A DNA stretch of 63,226 bases, counting the filler, from Reclinomonas americana ATCC 50394 (lineage: Eukaryota): NCBI GenBank assembly GCA_048213135.1. It is 14 parts of 14 records of this genome, joined end to end, with 100 filler letters (N's around TTAATTAATTAA, not from the genome) between each part and the next. Parts side by side here need not be neighbours in the genome. Positions count along the whole stretch, not along the records: positions 35,573 to 40,759 come from AFZH01022658.1; positions 40,860 to 44,192 come from AFZH01022659.1; positions 44,293 to 48,552 come from AFZH01022660.1; positions 48,653 to 49,893 come from AFZH01022661.1; positions 49,994 to 56,849 come from AFZH01022662.1; 9 more parts are not named here. One strand, written 5' to 3'. Positions 39,301 through 51,362 of this stretch are shown here, piece after piece. The stretch's first letter is position 1, and the number at the start of each line of letters is the position of its first letter. Below the pieces are notes generated by a model. It did not search any database. It was given only the letters and a program-made list of their open reading frames with translations, and had not been told where the DNA came from. The position numbers and the translations under genes were made by a program.

Positions 39301-40323
39301 ATCCGACGGCATTTTGCTGCGCAGCCGCACTCGTCAGCACCACACGCGCATACGCACAGAGAGCGAAAGACGAGGAGGCAACGCAACGCCGGATCAATCT
39401 CGAGCGATCCCGGATCGACAATGATCTCATTGAGTGACTTGCGCAGCACCACGCCCAAGTACAGCTCCGGAGGTGTGTTCTCTACACAGGCGCCCAGCAT
39501 GCGTCAGAGAGAGAGAGAGAGCGAGTTGACAAGCGGAGAAAACGCAACGAATGTAGGCATCGATAAACTTGGTGGTCAACGAGGCACCGCGCAGAATCGC
39601 ATTCACATTCTCCACGCTGATAAACTTGGCAAACTCGGCCTCCAACAGCGCATCCAGCACGTCGCCTGAGAGAGCACATACATGAGCGCGCGTCTAATAG
39701 TGAGTGAGTGTGTGTGAGAGTAAGACCTTCGCACTGCTTGCGCCGAGAGGCCGCAGAGAGCAGGCCACCGAGCTCGGTCGAGTCCACTTTGCGGATGTTG
39801 TGAAAGAGACCGCAGAGGACCCTGTGTGCACGCGCGCGCGGTCGGGAAATGGCACCACTCTTGCACTCACTCACACACACTTGCAACTCACAAACATAGA
39901 AAGCAGACAGACAGGCAAGGTAACAGTGTGTGTACGTGCGTGAGAATAGGAGAGAGCAGCGGAAAGAGAGAGAGAGAGAGACGCACAGAGTGTTGAGAGA
40001 ATGCATTTACAAACACGAGCGCGAGAACTTGCGCGAAAAAACCTCACGTACACACACTCTCTCACACACACACTGTCTCGCACACTCACCGACGATCTTC
40101 CAGTGTGAACTGCAGGAACCTGTCCGCAAAGAGAGAGAGAGTGAGAAAGACAGACATGCGGAGAATCATGTTTGTGTTGAGTGGTGTGTCGTGTGCTCAA
40201 CTCTCGGAACCACGAGCGGTTGTCGAGATCAGCAGCAACAGGCTCATAGTCGTCCATCAATGAGCGGTCGCGCGCGATACTGCCTCCGCGGCTTGGTCTC
40301 AACAGTGGTGAGCCGTGAGACAT
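36336..40323 (-). CDS. RasGAP + BCH/CRAL-TRIO + RhoGAP multidomain protein, about 22 exons
   Basis: RasGAP motifs ILRGASLTTK, LEIDPAK, GGLVILRYLNPAI, LILISKVLQNVSNQADFGSKEAYM; BCH motifs GTDREGRRIV, NRPPFSWIK, YKKNLKALYLLHPS; RhoGAP motifs EEGVFRVPG, VCSLLKLYLRDLPEPLLT, NLMRSLSLATVFSPT. All are joined in one frame. Confidence 0.9.
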
Positions 40324-40468
40324 GATGTTGGAGGGATGATCTGTGTGCACGTCTCTCTCTCTCACTCTCTCGCCCTTGCACTCACTCGCTGACGCACTGC
40401 ACAGAGATAAGCGCGACACTGAGTGTGTGCGCGTGTCAGGTGCTCACAAACGCGGCGGACAATCACGT

Positions 40469-42110
40469 TCACTCGTCTGTTGGATTGTGTGTGGCGAGAT
40501 GGCGGTCGGCCTGCGACGGGGTGAACATGAAGACGCGCTCGCACACACTGCACTCCCATCGTTGACGCGCTTCTGTGGCTGCGGGAGGTGGTGGTGGCGG
40601 AGGTGCCGGGTTTCGTCGTTGTCGGCGGACCAGACTGACGACATCGTCTTCGTCTTCCTCCTCCTCCTCGTCTTCTTCCTCCTTCTGCTCATCATCCATC
40701 GCCATCAGCGTAGTTTCTTGTCTTCCGCCACCATCACCATCATCATCATCATCCCCATCNNNNNNNNNNNNNNNNNNNNNNNNNNNNNNNNNNNNNNNNN
40801 NNNTTAATTAATTAANNNNNNNNNNNNNNNNNNNNNNNNNNNNNNNNNNNNNNNNNNNNGAGGAACACGACGCGCGTGTCGACTGACTTGGACGACTCGA
40901 AGCGGATCTGGTAGGCGATCTGCGAGCCATACTCGTTCAACGTTTCCTGCACCAATGACAACGCCGACGAGCGTCATGTGAGCAATCGTCACAGATGCAT
41001 GCTGCAATCTGCGGCAGCAAACACACCTGCGCCACGCGACGGCAGAGCGACATGGCCGAAATGCGTCGCGGCTGTGTGCAGGCGATGCGACGGTAGCCAG
41101 CATCGAGCAGGTATTGCGGTACTTGCGTCGACTTGCCACAGCCCGTGTCGCCGGCCACCAACACAATCTGATTGTCGCGCACGGCCTCCAGCAGCTCCTC
41201 TCGATGAGCCGCCATGGGCAGATTGGCTCGATCCTGCTGCAGCTTGGCGATCTTGGCCATGGTCTTCTTTTGCAAAAAGTCCTCGAAGAGCACCATGGCC
41301 TTCAGGAACTCGTCCACTGCACGGCGCGATAAGTGCGGCTCCCACCTTTTTCGAGTCACGTGAGCGCCGACGAAAGCGTAGCAAGTCAACAGTCACAAAA
41401 CGTACCGACTGCGCAAGGCCTCCACACGCGCCAACATGTCCGGCGACAAGGCAAAGTTCACACGATGCCGGTTGTCGTACTGCTCGGGAAACTGCTGAAA
41501 CACAGCCGCCGCTCGCCGATCCGCACTGCTACCATGCAGGAGCTCCGCCACCGACACTCGCGGTTTCGATCGCGCGCCCGTCGTCCCCGCAGGCCTGCCT
41601 GTGGCAGCCACACGTTGCCTCACGTACGAACAGTAGTTGTCGTAGAACTCTGCGCATGCACTCAGCGTGAGCCGGGCATCGCACAGACCGCAATGCAGTC
41701 ATCGCACCTCGAAACTCGCGATATTTTTGCGAGTACGGCTGAATGAGATCACGATGCGAGAAGAACACCTCCTGCAGCAGCGGCTCAAACGTGGCAAACT
41801 CAATCAACCCGTCGTCTTCACCCTCTGCACGCATGATGATGATCCGTCAGGACAAGTGCATTCAGACTCGCAATTATCATCACCATCACCACCAACCTTT
41901 GCGCATTGACGGTGGCGGCGCTGGACCTGCTACGGAGGCTGTCTTCGCTGTTGACTTGCGTCGCGTCTCATGTCGCCTCTTGTCCTCATCACTGGCATCA
42001 CTTGCATCATCAGCATCCTTGCCTGTACGTTGCGTGGCAGTGATGGCAGCTGGCGTCGATACGCCAAGCTCGACATCCCACTTGGAGATGCGTGATCGCT
42101 TGCGCTCCAT
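40469..42110 (-). CDS. DHX34: DEAH-box RNA helicase DHX34-like; central part hidden in the gap
   Basis: [19 protein letters not shown]...[37 protein letters not shown]. The fragment beyond the linker ends [24 protein letters not shown], matching the C-terminal C2H2-like tail typical of DHX34. Confidence 0.88.
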
Positions 42111-42184
42111 CGCCGTAGGAAAAGCCTTTCATGGTGGATTGCGGATCAATTGAACCCCACTTTCACGACACAGACACACCTTCG

Positions 42185-45100
42185 ATGCGCACGACATTGC
42201 TGATTGCCGCTCTCATCGCGCTGGTGGCGGTGGTCGCCGCTGCCTCGTCGACCACACGCGCTGCAGACAAGTTGCGTTTTGTTGAAATGGTTGGGCGGGG
42301 TGGTGCTGTGCTCAAAGTGATGCGACATTTTCCCCTCTCTCTCTCTCCTTCGTTCAGGTACGCCCTGGAGCCGCGAGTGGCGCCCGAGTATGCGCACTCG
42401 GCTGATGGACAGCGCACAGTGCACGCGCTCTCAGAGGTAAGAGAGAGCGTGTGTGAGTGACTCTGTCAGTTTGATCATTTTTTTGTGTTGTTTGCACAGG
42501 GCGCCGCGGAGCGTCCTCGCGCAGTGGCACCGATGCCGAAAGGCTGGCAAGTGACCACTGAAAGCCGCGCCGATGCCGAGAACAACCTGCGCTCGCTCAA
42601 CATGCGCTTCACCATTGCACTCAAGCAGCGCAATGTCGACACGCTGCGAGTTGCGTGCTGCGATCGCTGCGACGGGTATGCATGAAGACTCATCTCCGTG
42701 CATGCATGCATGTTGCAGGCGGATTTCTGGGAGATCTCCGACCCCAAGTCGCCTCGTTATGGAGAGCATTACTCGTTTGATGCACTTACCAAGTTGGTGA
42801 GCTCCTCCAAGGAGACCATTCAGGCGGTGCAGCAGTGGGTCGAGGCGCACGGTGGACTGGCGGAGTTGACGCCGAGCCGCGATTTCATGACGGTGTTGAT
42901 GCCCGTCGCCAACGTCGAGACCCTCCTGCAAGTGCGCTTCCAGGTGTTTGATCACCCCGAGACCAGTTGCGCCGAGTGACCCCGCGCTGTGTTGTGTTGT
43001 TGGTGCTGACGCTGCGATGCAGACCGCCGTGCCATCCGCACTCGCGATGTGTACACGGTGCCGCAGTCGATCGCCCCGCACATTGATTTCGTGGGCGACA
43101 TTGTGCGCTTCCCCAGTTGCGTCGTCTGCGCGCTTTCTTGTGTGCTGCATGATCTCTCACGCTCGGTTGTCGCAGAGCTGCCGAACCGCGTGCCCGAGTA
43201 CCCGCCGACCGTGGCAGAGTTGGATGCGCAGGCGCGTTCCGCTGCCCCCACCACTCGCGACGCTCAGGCCATACCGTACATTTTCGGCCTCAAGTTACGC
43301 AGCTCACAGCCCGACCACACTGTGTGTGCTGTGCGCACTCAATAATTGACCTTGCGTGCCACAGGTCGGGTGCCAACCAGATTCTGTACTCGTTCGCTCC
43401 GCAGTGCGCCGACAACTCCTTCGCTGTCTTCGACTCGACGACGCAGACGCTGTGTGCCAACGTCGGCAACGCCATCACCACCGCGACGCTCGGCGCCGAC
43501 GCGCAGGGCACCGCCAGTCCGACACCGATGGCGCTCCCGCTGCAAATGTCCAACTGCGTGCAGTTGCGTCCAAGGAAAGGAAGTGATTATATCCGATCAA
43601 GTGCTGACTGTGTGTGCAGGTGCTCGACGCTGCCGTCGTGCCCGGGCTTCAAGAGCGCCAGTGGCTGCCAGGACAACTCCGCGATTTGCTCGCTGATCCT
43701 CAAGGGCGTTCCCAACAACGTACCTGTGTTCCCCTACATGTCGGTGCAGTACAACAATGGCCAGAGCGAAGTCAAGTACTACGGCACCTCGCAGTCTCCC
43801 AAGGTCTCTCAACCTGCCTGTACCTGATTCACTGTGGCGTGTGTGCATGGGTGAACTCACGAAACTCGTGTCAGATGCAAATCCAAGTCACCGACTGGAC
43901 GACCCCGCAGTCCATCCAGCAGCTGTACCGCATTCCGACCGGCATTCGTGGCTCCAACCCGAAGAACTCGATGGTGATGATCGCGCACACACTCACTCAC
44001 GCGCATCACGTCAAGAGAGCCTTGTCACTCACTCTTTTGCTGTTGGTGGTGGTGCAGTCGGTTGCCGAGTTCCTGCAGCAATTCTACAGCCCCGACGAAC
44101 TGCAGGTGTTCTTCACCTACTTTGGATTGCCGAAGAACCTGGCCAACAGCGTCACCCTCATTGGCCCCAACGACGCCACCAAACCCGGCGGTNNNNNNNN
44201 NNNNNNNNNNNNNNNNNNNNNNNNNNNNNNNNNNNNTTAATTAATTAANNNNNNNNNNNNNNNNNNNNNNNNNNNNNNNNNNNNNNNNNNNNTGCTGTTG
44301 GACCCTGAACTCTGACCGCATATGACGCAGAGATCGATCTGAGCAACCCGCAGTGCGGTCGCTCGACTCCCGACTACCCCGGCACGTCGCCGTACGTCAC
44401 CGTCGTCGGTGCGTTCAGTAGACTTGTCAGTTATGTGGGTTCCACCCCGGTCACTGACTTCGCATGAGCAGGCGGCACACAGCTGTCGGCTGAGCGCTCA
44501 CCCGTGGCCCTCATTCCCAAGACGGCCACTGGTTTCCGCTACAACACAGAGGTGGCCGAGATCATGTGCGACGGCGGCAAGGGTGGTGTGATTACTAGCG
44601 GTGGTGGTTTCAGCGACGTGTACGGCCGCCCAGCGTACCAGGTCCGTAATCATCATTCCACACCTCTCTCAACAATGTGTGTGCTTACGGAACATGCGGC
44701 GTATGCGTGCGCAGAACGACGTGGTGAACACGTACCTGAGCCACGTGGTTCCGCAGCCGGATCCCAACTTCTTCAGCAGGAACGGTCGTGCGTACCCCGA
44801 TGTGGCCGCGCTCGCGCACAACTACCTGGTGTACCTGCAGGGCGCCATCCAGACCATTCGTTGCGCACATTTCTCTGTGATGTCTGTCCCGTTGCCCCTG
44901 TTTGAGACAATTGTGTTAACACCCTCTGGGCACAGACGGCACTTCGGCTGCCACTCCCGTGTTCGCGGCCGTGGTTGCTCTGCTGAATGAGGAGCGCCTG
45001 AACAACTACCTGCCACCGCTGGGCTTCCTCAACCCGATGCTGTACCAGATGTACGCGGAGATGCCGCAGACGTTCACCGACATCACTGTCGGCAACAACA

Positions 45101-45517
45101 ACTGCATCGCTTTCGCCTCGTACTGCTGTGACCCGACGCAGGGCTTCTCGGCGTGGACTGGCTGGGACGCCGCCACCGGCCTCGGCTCACCCGTCTACTA
45201 CGAGATGGTCCGCTACGTGCTGAAGCCGGCAAAGGTTTGCGTCTCTTTTTACCGGTGCTGCGTTTGCTCCTTTCCACTCGTGCTGATGCTCGCCCCCCTT
45301 TGCCACACGACAGCCAAACATGGGCCTGTGGGTCCTGGCGAGCATTGGCGTCGGCTTTGGCGGCCTGGCTCTGCTGGCAATCATTGTGCTGGTGGTGTTG
45401 ACCATCATCATGAAGCGCCGCAAGAAGAACCGCCGCGGACAGGGCTTGACCACCGCTGCGGCACAGGACGCCTACGGCTCCATCAACGATCCGCACAACC
45501 GCGGCAAGGCCCTCTAA
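42185..45517 (+). CDS. S53 (sedolisin / tripeptidyl-peptidase I-like) protease with signal peptide, prodomain, Cys-rich insert and C-terminal transmembrane anchor
   Basis: Prodomain IALKQRN...WEISDPKSPRYGEHYS; catalytic-domain motifs YPGTSPYVTVVGGT, SGGGFS, GRAYPDVAALA, GTSAATPVFAAVVALLN, LGFLNPMLY, DITVGNN, GWDAATGLGSP; then a hydrophobic helix followed by KRRKK. Confidence 0.93.
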
Positions 45518-45583
45518 ACATTCACACAGATTTTTCTTCCCACTCATTACACAAACAATTTTTCGTCTTCAATGCCTCCAGAC

Positions 45584-46402
45584 TCAGTACTTTTTCCTCC
45601 CGGATAGCACACGCACCCAGATGGCTACCGAGGATACACAACAAGGAGTGAGACACGCGTGTGTGTGGGAGGCCGACTCTCTGGCTTGCAAGACGCACCT
45701 GCAATCGGCATGGACACGGCGGCAATCAAGTTGAAGAAGAACATGACGACTTGAGCGGCGGCAAATGCCTGCACACATCACCACCACAGTTGGCCTCTCT
45801 CCCCCTGTCTTTTTCCCTTCAACAACACCACGCACCATGCCGGCCTTATCAAAGTTCGTCTGCAACGCATCCCAGCAGAAAAAGGACGTCACCACCGACG
45901 CCATGGAGACGACATTGGCCACCGCAAACACCGTCAAGATGGAGCACACACGATTGCGCGACACAGCGAACAAGATGAACGTGGCGACCCACACCGCAGC
46001 CGAGATCATGGCCAGTGACTGTCACAATCAAATCACACACACAAGAGCATGAGCGTGAGGAAGGAGGAGAAGGCAGTGTTGAGGCACGCAACAACAGAGG
46101 CCACGAGCACCGGTCGCGCGCGCACTGCCGACGTGTATCCCTTCAGTAGCACAGCAGAGACGCCCGTCTGCAGCGCAATGCACAGGATCGTGACACTGAC
46201 ACCAAACAACTGCCAAGCGAACCCCGTTGTGAGACGCACACACAAAGTGAGCAAAAGACGAGGAAGCAAAGTGTGCGCAACGAGAAAGAACCGAGTCAAC
46301 ATCTGCGCGCGCAAAATAACAACAATTCATCGTCAGTGATCAACGACAACAGGAGAACACACACACTCACACACACACACACATTCTTTCTTCCTTTTTT
46401 CT

Positions 46403-46433
<31 letters not shown>

Positions 46434-46566
46434 CACTCAATCCGTCACTCACTCCTTCTCTCACACACAAAACTCTCACCGGTGAAATGTCTCTTTGCAA
46501 GGCATCCTCCACCACCCAATCCCGCGTTTGTGCATCTGAGCCCAGCAGCGGCTTCTTGTCGGCCAT
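45584..46566 (-). CDS. Small multi-pass membrane protein, 5 exons
   Basis: MADKKPLL... followed by 4-5 hydrophobic segments (FAWQLFGVSVTILCIAL, ISAAVWVATFILFAV, ILTVFAVANVVSMA, VVMFFFNLIAAVSMPIAAIWV). Introns preserve frame. Confidence 0.7.
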
Positions 46567-46660
46567 GATCTCTCCACACCACGCAAACACACAGACGGAG
46601 ACAAAAGATATTCGCAGGACAGTACTCGCGCGTTTCCCGCACTCTTTCATTCCCCCCATC

Positions 46661-48934
46661 TCAGTCATCGACATCGACGAGGTCGACGATCTCTTGCTGC
46701 GCGCTGCGGGAGGTTGATCCGCGAGACGGTGGAGTTGTGCGTTGGTGTTGTTGTTGTTGCTGCTGCTGCTGTTGTCGTTGTTGCTGCAGCTGCTGCCTTT
46801 CCAGTTGCTCGAGTGCGAGTTTCTCCTGCAGCCAGGCGAGTCCGCCGTCGCGGGTGGGCGTGAGCTGCAGGGCGATTTCGAGAGGGACGAGCTCGGGCGG
46901 TTCGGCTTCCGGCAGTGACCCGTCTGGTGGTGGTGGTGGTGGAGCTTCGACGGCGGCGGTGGCGGCCTCGCTGGCGGGCGGCTCATCGTCGGGTGCCGGT
47001 TCGTCGTCCTTGGACACTGTGCGCATGTCGGTGAGATCGCAAAGAGGGGCGACGGGAGAAAGAAAGGGAGGCGTGCGCGAAACAGTCCACTAGTTGTTCC
47101 GTGCTGGCGGCGGCGGCGGCTGCCGCTGCCGCTGCTGCTGCTGCAGCCGCATTTGCGGCGAGTTTGGCACGAAGCCACTGCACGTAGGTGACCTGCTGCT
47201 TGACGAATATACGCAGCTCGTTGTACTTGTACATGAGCTGCACGATGGGAAGTGCAGGCGGTCACACACTGACAAGTCTCAAAGCAAGACATAAAGGATC
47301 ACGCAACGGGGCCAATGACCCGCCGCCGCCTCAACCACGACAACACGACATCGCTCTCCGGGTAGCCCATCAACGAACGCGGTATCCGAATACCTTGCCT
47401 CTCCCACACTTCCAGCTGCTTCTGCTCTCGCCAGCACCTCCCTCTGTCAGGTCGATAACCATCACAGCACAAAGCACTCACGCGACCATCGACGCACCTT
47501 GAGCAAGTGGAACACACTCGCCACATACCAACGAGAAGCGTGCGCCAAGACCACCGTCGTTGCACAATTAGGGTGCAGAAGTACGTCCTCATTCTTGCTC
47601 TGTGACGTCTCCCTGAACTGCACGGTCCACCATTTTCAGCAGCTGCTCCACATCGTGCTGTTCACCACCACCACCACCACCACGTCACGCAACGTATTCG
47701 CTGATTTTGTTGAAGGCGAGTCCGCTGGGTGCCAACGGATTCAGTACTGTGTGTCGGTCCATCCCGCCAATCACCGGAACCTGGAATTGGAGCGTCACCA
47801 ACTCGACATCATCCGATTGGCACATGCACAGTTGACATCGAGGATCCAGGTCCAACACTTTGGCGCCCGCCTTGAGCGAGACGAACGGGTAAGCTCGATG
47901 AAGGTAATACTAATGCAGGTACACAACACAATCAGGAGCAAGCGGAGCGAGTTGTTGCAGCGTGGTGTGCGTCTTACCAAATGCTCATCCGAGGTCTTCG
48001 GTACCAACACCGACGCCACGCTCTCGGTGGCCTTGATGAGATCCAATGCCGGCTGGAACAAATCACCTGCAGGATGTTCCTCTGTCAGTCACAGCGCGCA
48101 AGTGCGTGGCAACGGGCACAGCAGGGTCACGCACGGCGGCTGGACATGGTGCCGTGATGCTTGTCGTGCAAAATGTTGCCCTTCTCCAACGAGTGCGTCA
48201 TGAATTCGATAAAAGCCTCGAACAGAGGCACAGTGGGCATGGGCAATTCGGTAACCTCTGCCGCCGACTGACCATCTGCGTTCGCCCGATTGCGAGCACG
48301 ACGCGGCGCTGCGGTGGAGTTGCGTGGCGGAGTGACAATGCCGTCGGGTTTCGGAAGCGGAGCACCGCTGCCCGTCTTCTCTCTGCTCGAGGAGAGTTTG
48401 AGTGGCAAGGAAAAAGACGGCAAGAGGAGCAAGGCGCGCAACTCGAGAAACTCCACATCCGAGTCCACATCGGCGTCCTCCTGGTCCAACGTCACCACCG
48501 TGTCGGCTTTTCTCTGGCTAGATGCTGCTGCATCGACGGTCACCGTGGTCGCNNNNNNNNNNNNNNNNNNNNNNNNNNNNNNNNNNNNNNNNNNNNTTAA
48601 TTAATTAANNNNNNNNNNNNNNNNNNNNNNNNNNNNNNNNNNNNNNNNNNNNTTGCATGTGCAACTGTCGATCATCTTCGTCTTCTACATCCTCAATCTC
48701 CTCGGGCTGATCAGTGACTTCTGTGAGAGGCTTCCCTGGTCCACCGAGAGCTTTCCGCGCGCGCGCTCGACCACGTTTGCGTGACCTTTTGCTGCGTTTT
48801 TCCTCGTGCTCTTGCTCTTCCTCTTCGTGCTCCTCGTCCTCGCCTTCGTCCTCGACAGCGAGGTTGATGTGACTGTTGCTGTTGCTGTGCTCGGTGGCGT
48901 GACGCGACTCGTCAGATCGTCGCCTGGACGACAT
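46661..48934 (-). CDS. Hypothetical protein(s) with acidic N-terminus and polyA/polyQ C-terminal coiled coil; probably one gene across the linker
   Basis: Coding-like segments MSSRRRSDESRH..., PLFEAFIEFMTHSLEKG, LMYKYNELRIFVKQQVTYVQWLRAKL, LAWLQEKLALEQLERQQLQQQ. Exon chain only partly resolved. Confidence 0.5.
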
Positions 48935-49421
48935 CTTATCTCTTGATTGATTGTTGGCAAACTTGCAAGTGTGGGACATAAAACTTGCTGCGTGTTGTCT
49001 GCTTTTGTTGCACTTTCGATGAGTGGAAGGGGCAGACGACTGTGTTATGTGCATATATGAGAGACCTTGAGCATGCGCTGCACTGTGTACCGTATTGTAG
49101 TCGACGTCGACGTTCGACGTCCGTCAATACCGAGCGTAAAAGATGCCAGCGAGGCCATAGAGACCGACTCCGTGTTCCCCGTATGAGAATACCACTGCGT
49201 ACATAAAAGCCCACGGTCGTAGCCGAAGAGCATACGGTGAAGGCAACAAAGAATTCAAATTCGAACATGTACAACACAGACAGCTGCAGCTGCAAGTGGG
49301 CATCTCGCGTGAGGAGACGACAGCTAGCTCCGTACGCTCACTCGTTCACCACTCGTCTTGCACGCAGCGGCAGTTCACGCTTGTCCGGCAAGTCAGTTTT
49401 CAATTGTCCATCCTAACATCA

Positions 49422-51304
49422 ATGAACGATCGCGAAGATCGCCGCCTGGTGCTCCGGCATCAGTTGCGTGCCCCGCCACAAACAACAGCGTCCTTTATGC
49501 CTCTCTCTCCTTCCGCTCACTTGCGTTCTCTCACACACACAGAATGGAAAAGCTCATGGCCGAGGTCAGCTTACCGGTCGAAGAACGGCACTTTTTCCGG
49601 GCGTTGTTGCTCAAGCCTGCGGTCGCCACCTTCACAGTCTTGTCCAACATGGAGGAATGGGTGTGTCTCTCAGCCGCTCTCTCTCTCTTCCTCCTCTCTC
49701 TTGCTCCTCAGTGTGCGCGCGCGTGTGTGTGTGTCTCACACGACAATCAACGGCCAGATTTCCGTGTTGCGACAGCACAAGAAGCGCACTCTGGAGGTGC
49801 TCAAGGTCATTCAGCAGCGTGAAGAGTGCCTCGATGCGTTGCACGAGCTCGGCCTGTTGCTGCTTGATCGCTCTCGAAGGTCCTTCACTCTCANNNNNNN
49901 NNNNNNNNNNNNNNNNNNNNNNNNNNNNNNNNNNNNNTTAATTAATTAANNNNNNNNNNNNNNNNNNNNNNNNNNNNNNNNNNNNNNNNNNNNGATCGAT
50001 CAATCATTCGTTGCTCACCTTGAGCGCACACAGTCAACCGATGAAGCGCATTCGCACCGAGGTGCTGCGCAACACCAAGGCACTACAGATGTTGTCGTTA
50101 CAGGTGGTCGATCGCATACAAAAGTGGCGCGATCCCTCCGCGCTCACTCGACCGTGGCCGTTCATGTGGAAGGGTACCCCTGTCTCTCTCTCTCTGTCTC
50201 TCTGTGTGTTGTGACGCGGGGGCCTCCGCTCATCATCATCATCATCGCGCCGCAGGTCAGAACTACATTCGCAAGATGAGTGGCGACACGCAGCTGTTGG
50301 ACACAATGGAGATCTCGCTGGTGTTGCCGATTACCTTCAAGGATAATCCGCTGCTGCGCGACTTGGATGGTGTGTTGCATCGAATCACCAAGGCCGAGCC
50401 GGCTGATGTTGTGCTCAAGACGCGCGTGGGCTTTCGTGGCTACGATCGCCGATCCGATCGCCGTGGTTTGTTCGGGTGTTGTATTCTTGTGTGTGACGAC
50501 CAAGTGCCGACCACTGTCTGCAGAGCACACGAAGGTGATCCGGTGGGTGGAACGCATCATCAGCGAGGAGGGCACGCTACAGAGGCTGCTGTCGCGCGAG
50601 TGCGTCCACCACCGATCCCTCCCGCAACACATTCCGCGCTCGTTCTCATTGTCGCGCGCACAGGGTGATTGACATGCAGCGCCAGGGTCTCATTCTACCG
50701 TCGCTGCAGACCAAGATCTGCACTCCTGGTGAGTCACGCGCGTTGCTTGCAATCCGCGCCACTGACGACACACACTCACGGCGTGAGCATAGAGTGGCAA
50801 CTGCTGCCGGGTTCCTCGACGCCATCCAATCTGTCGTCCATGAATGCCATGCTGGAGCCGCCATCGCGACCCATGTCGGCCTCGGCCTCTCTCGGTCGTG
50901 CCTCGCGACCAGTCGCGGCGGCCACCGCTGCCTCCATCTTCTCGTCGCCGTCGTCGGCCGGCCAGGAATCGTCGCAGAGAACCGACAGCGATGAGGAGAG
51001 TGAGAGCGACGCCGACGACGAGTACGACGAGGTGCCGCGTACGCACCAGCTGCACCAAGCGCCGCCTCCCGACAAGAGCCAGCTGAGAGTATCCACAACC
51101 TCATCGCACCTCTCCTCGAGCGTCGACAAGACCTTGTCGGCCGTCACTCCACCTGCGTCCGCAACGAAACCTTCGCAGCCACCGCCACCACCACCACCAC
51201 CACAAGCACAGGCACAGGCATCCCGCGCCGGCGCCTCCTCCCCGTCGTCCTCGTCCGCCAGCGACGACAGCGACGAATTCGAGGACGACGACGACGAGGA
51301 ATGA
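49422..51304 (+). CDS. Hypothetical helical protein with Ser/Pro/acidic tail; spans a linker
   Basis: Exons join to MNDREDRRLVLRHQMEKLMAEV...TLEVLKVIQQREECL...SLQVVDRIQKWR...PFMWKGQNYIRKMSGD...WVERIISEE. Confidence 0.7.
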
Positions 51305-51362
51305 AATTCGTGTTGAATAATGACAAGAGAAAGAAGACTGACTGTGTACACTCAGCCGTGCA

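Noticed and set aside
42271..44865. GTTGCG as a pyrosequencing homopolymer error of GGTGCG or GTGCG
   Set aside because: Restoring GG would frameshift every junction. A T overcall should also hit coding GTGCG and would not depend on the exon's last base. It occurs on both strands and many contigs. Raw-read confirmation is still advisable.
46600..46615. ATATCTTT on the minus strand as a second AT-AC donor
   Set aside because: It is intergenic or 5' UTR, with no branch site or AC acceptor before the next ATG.
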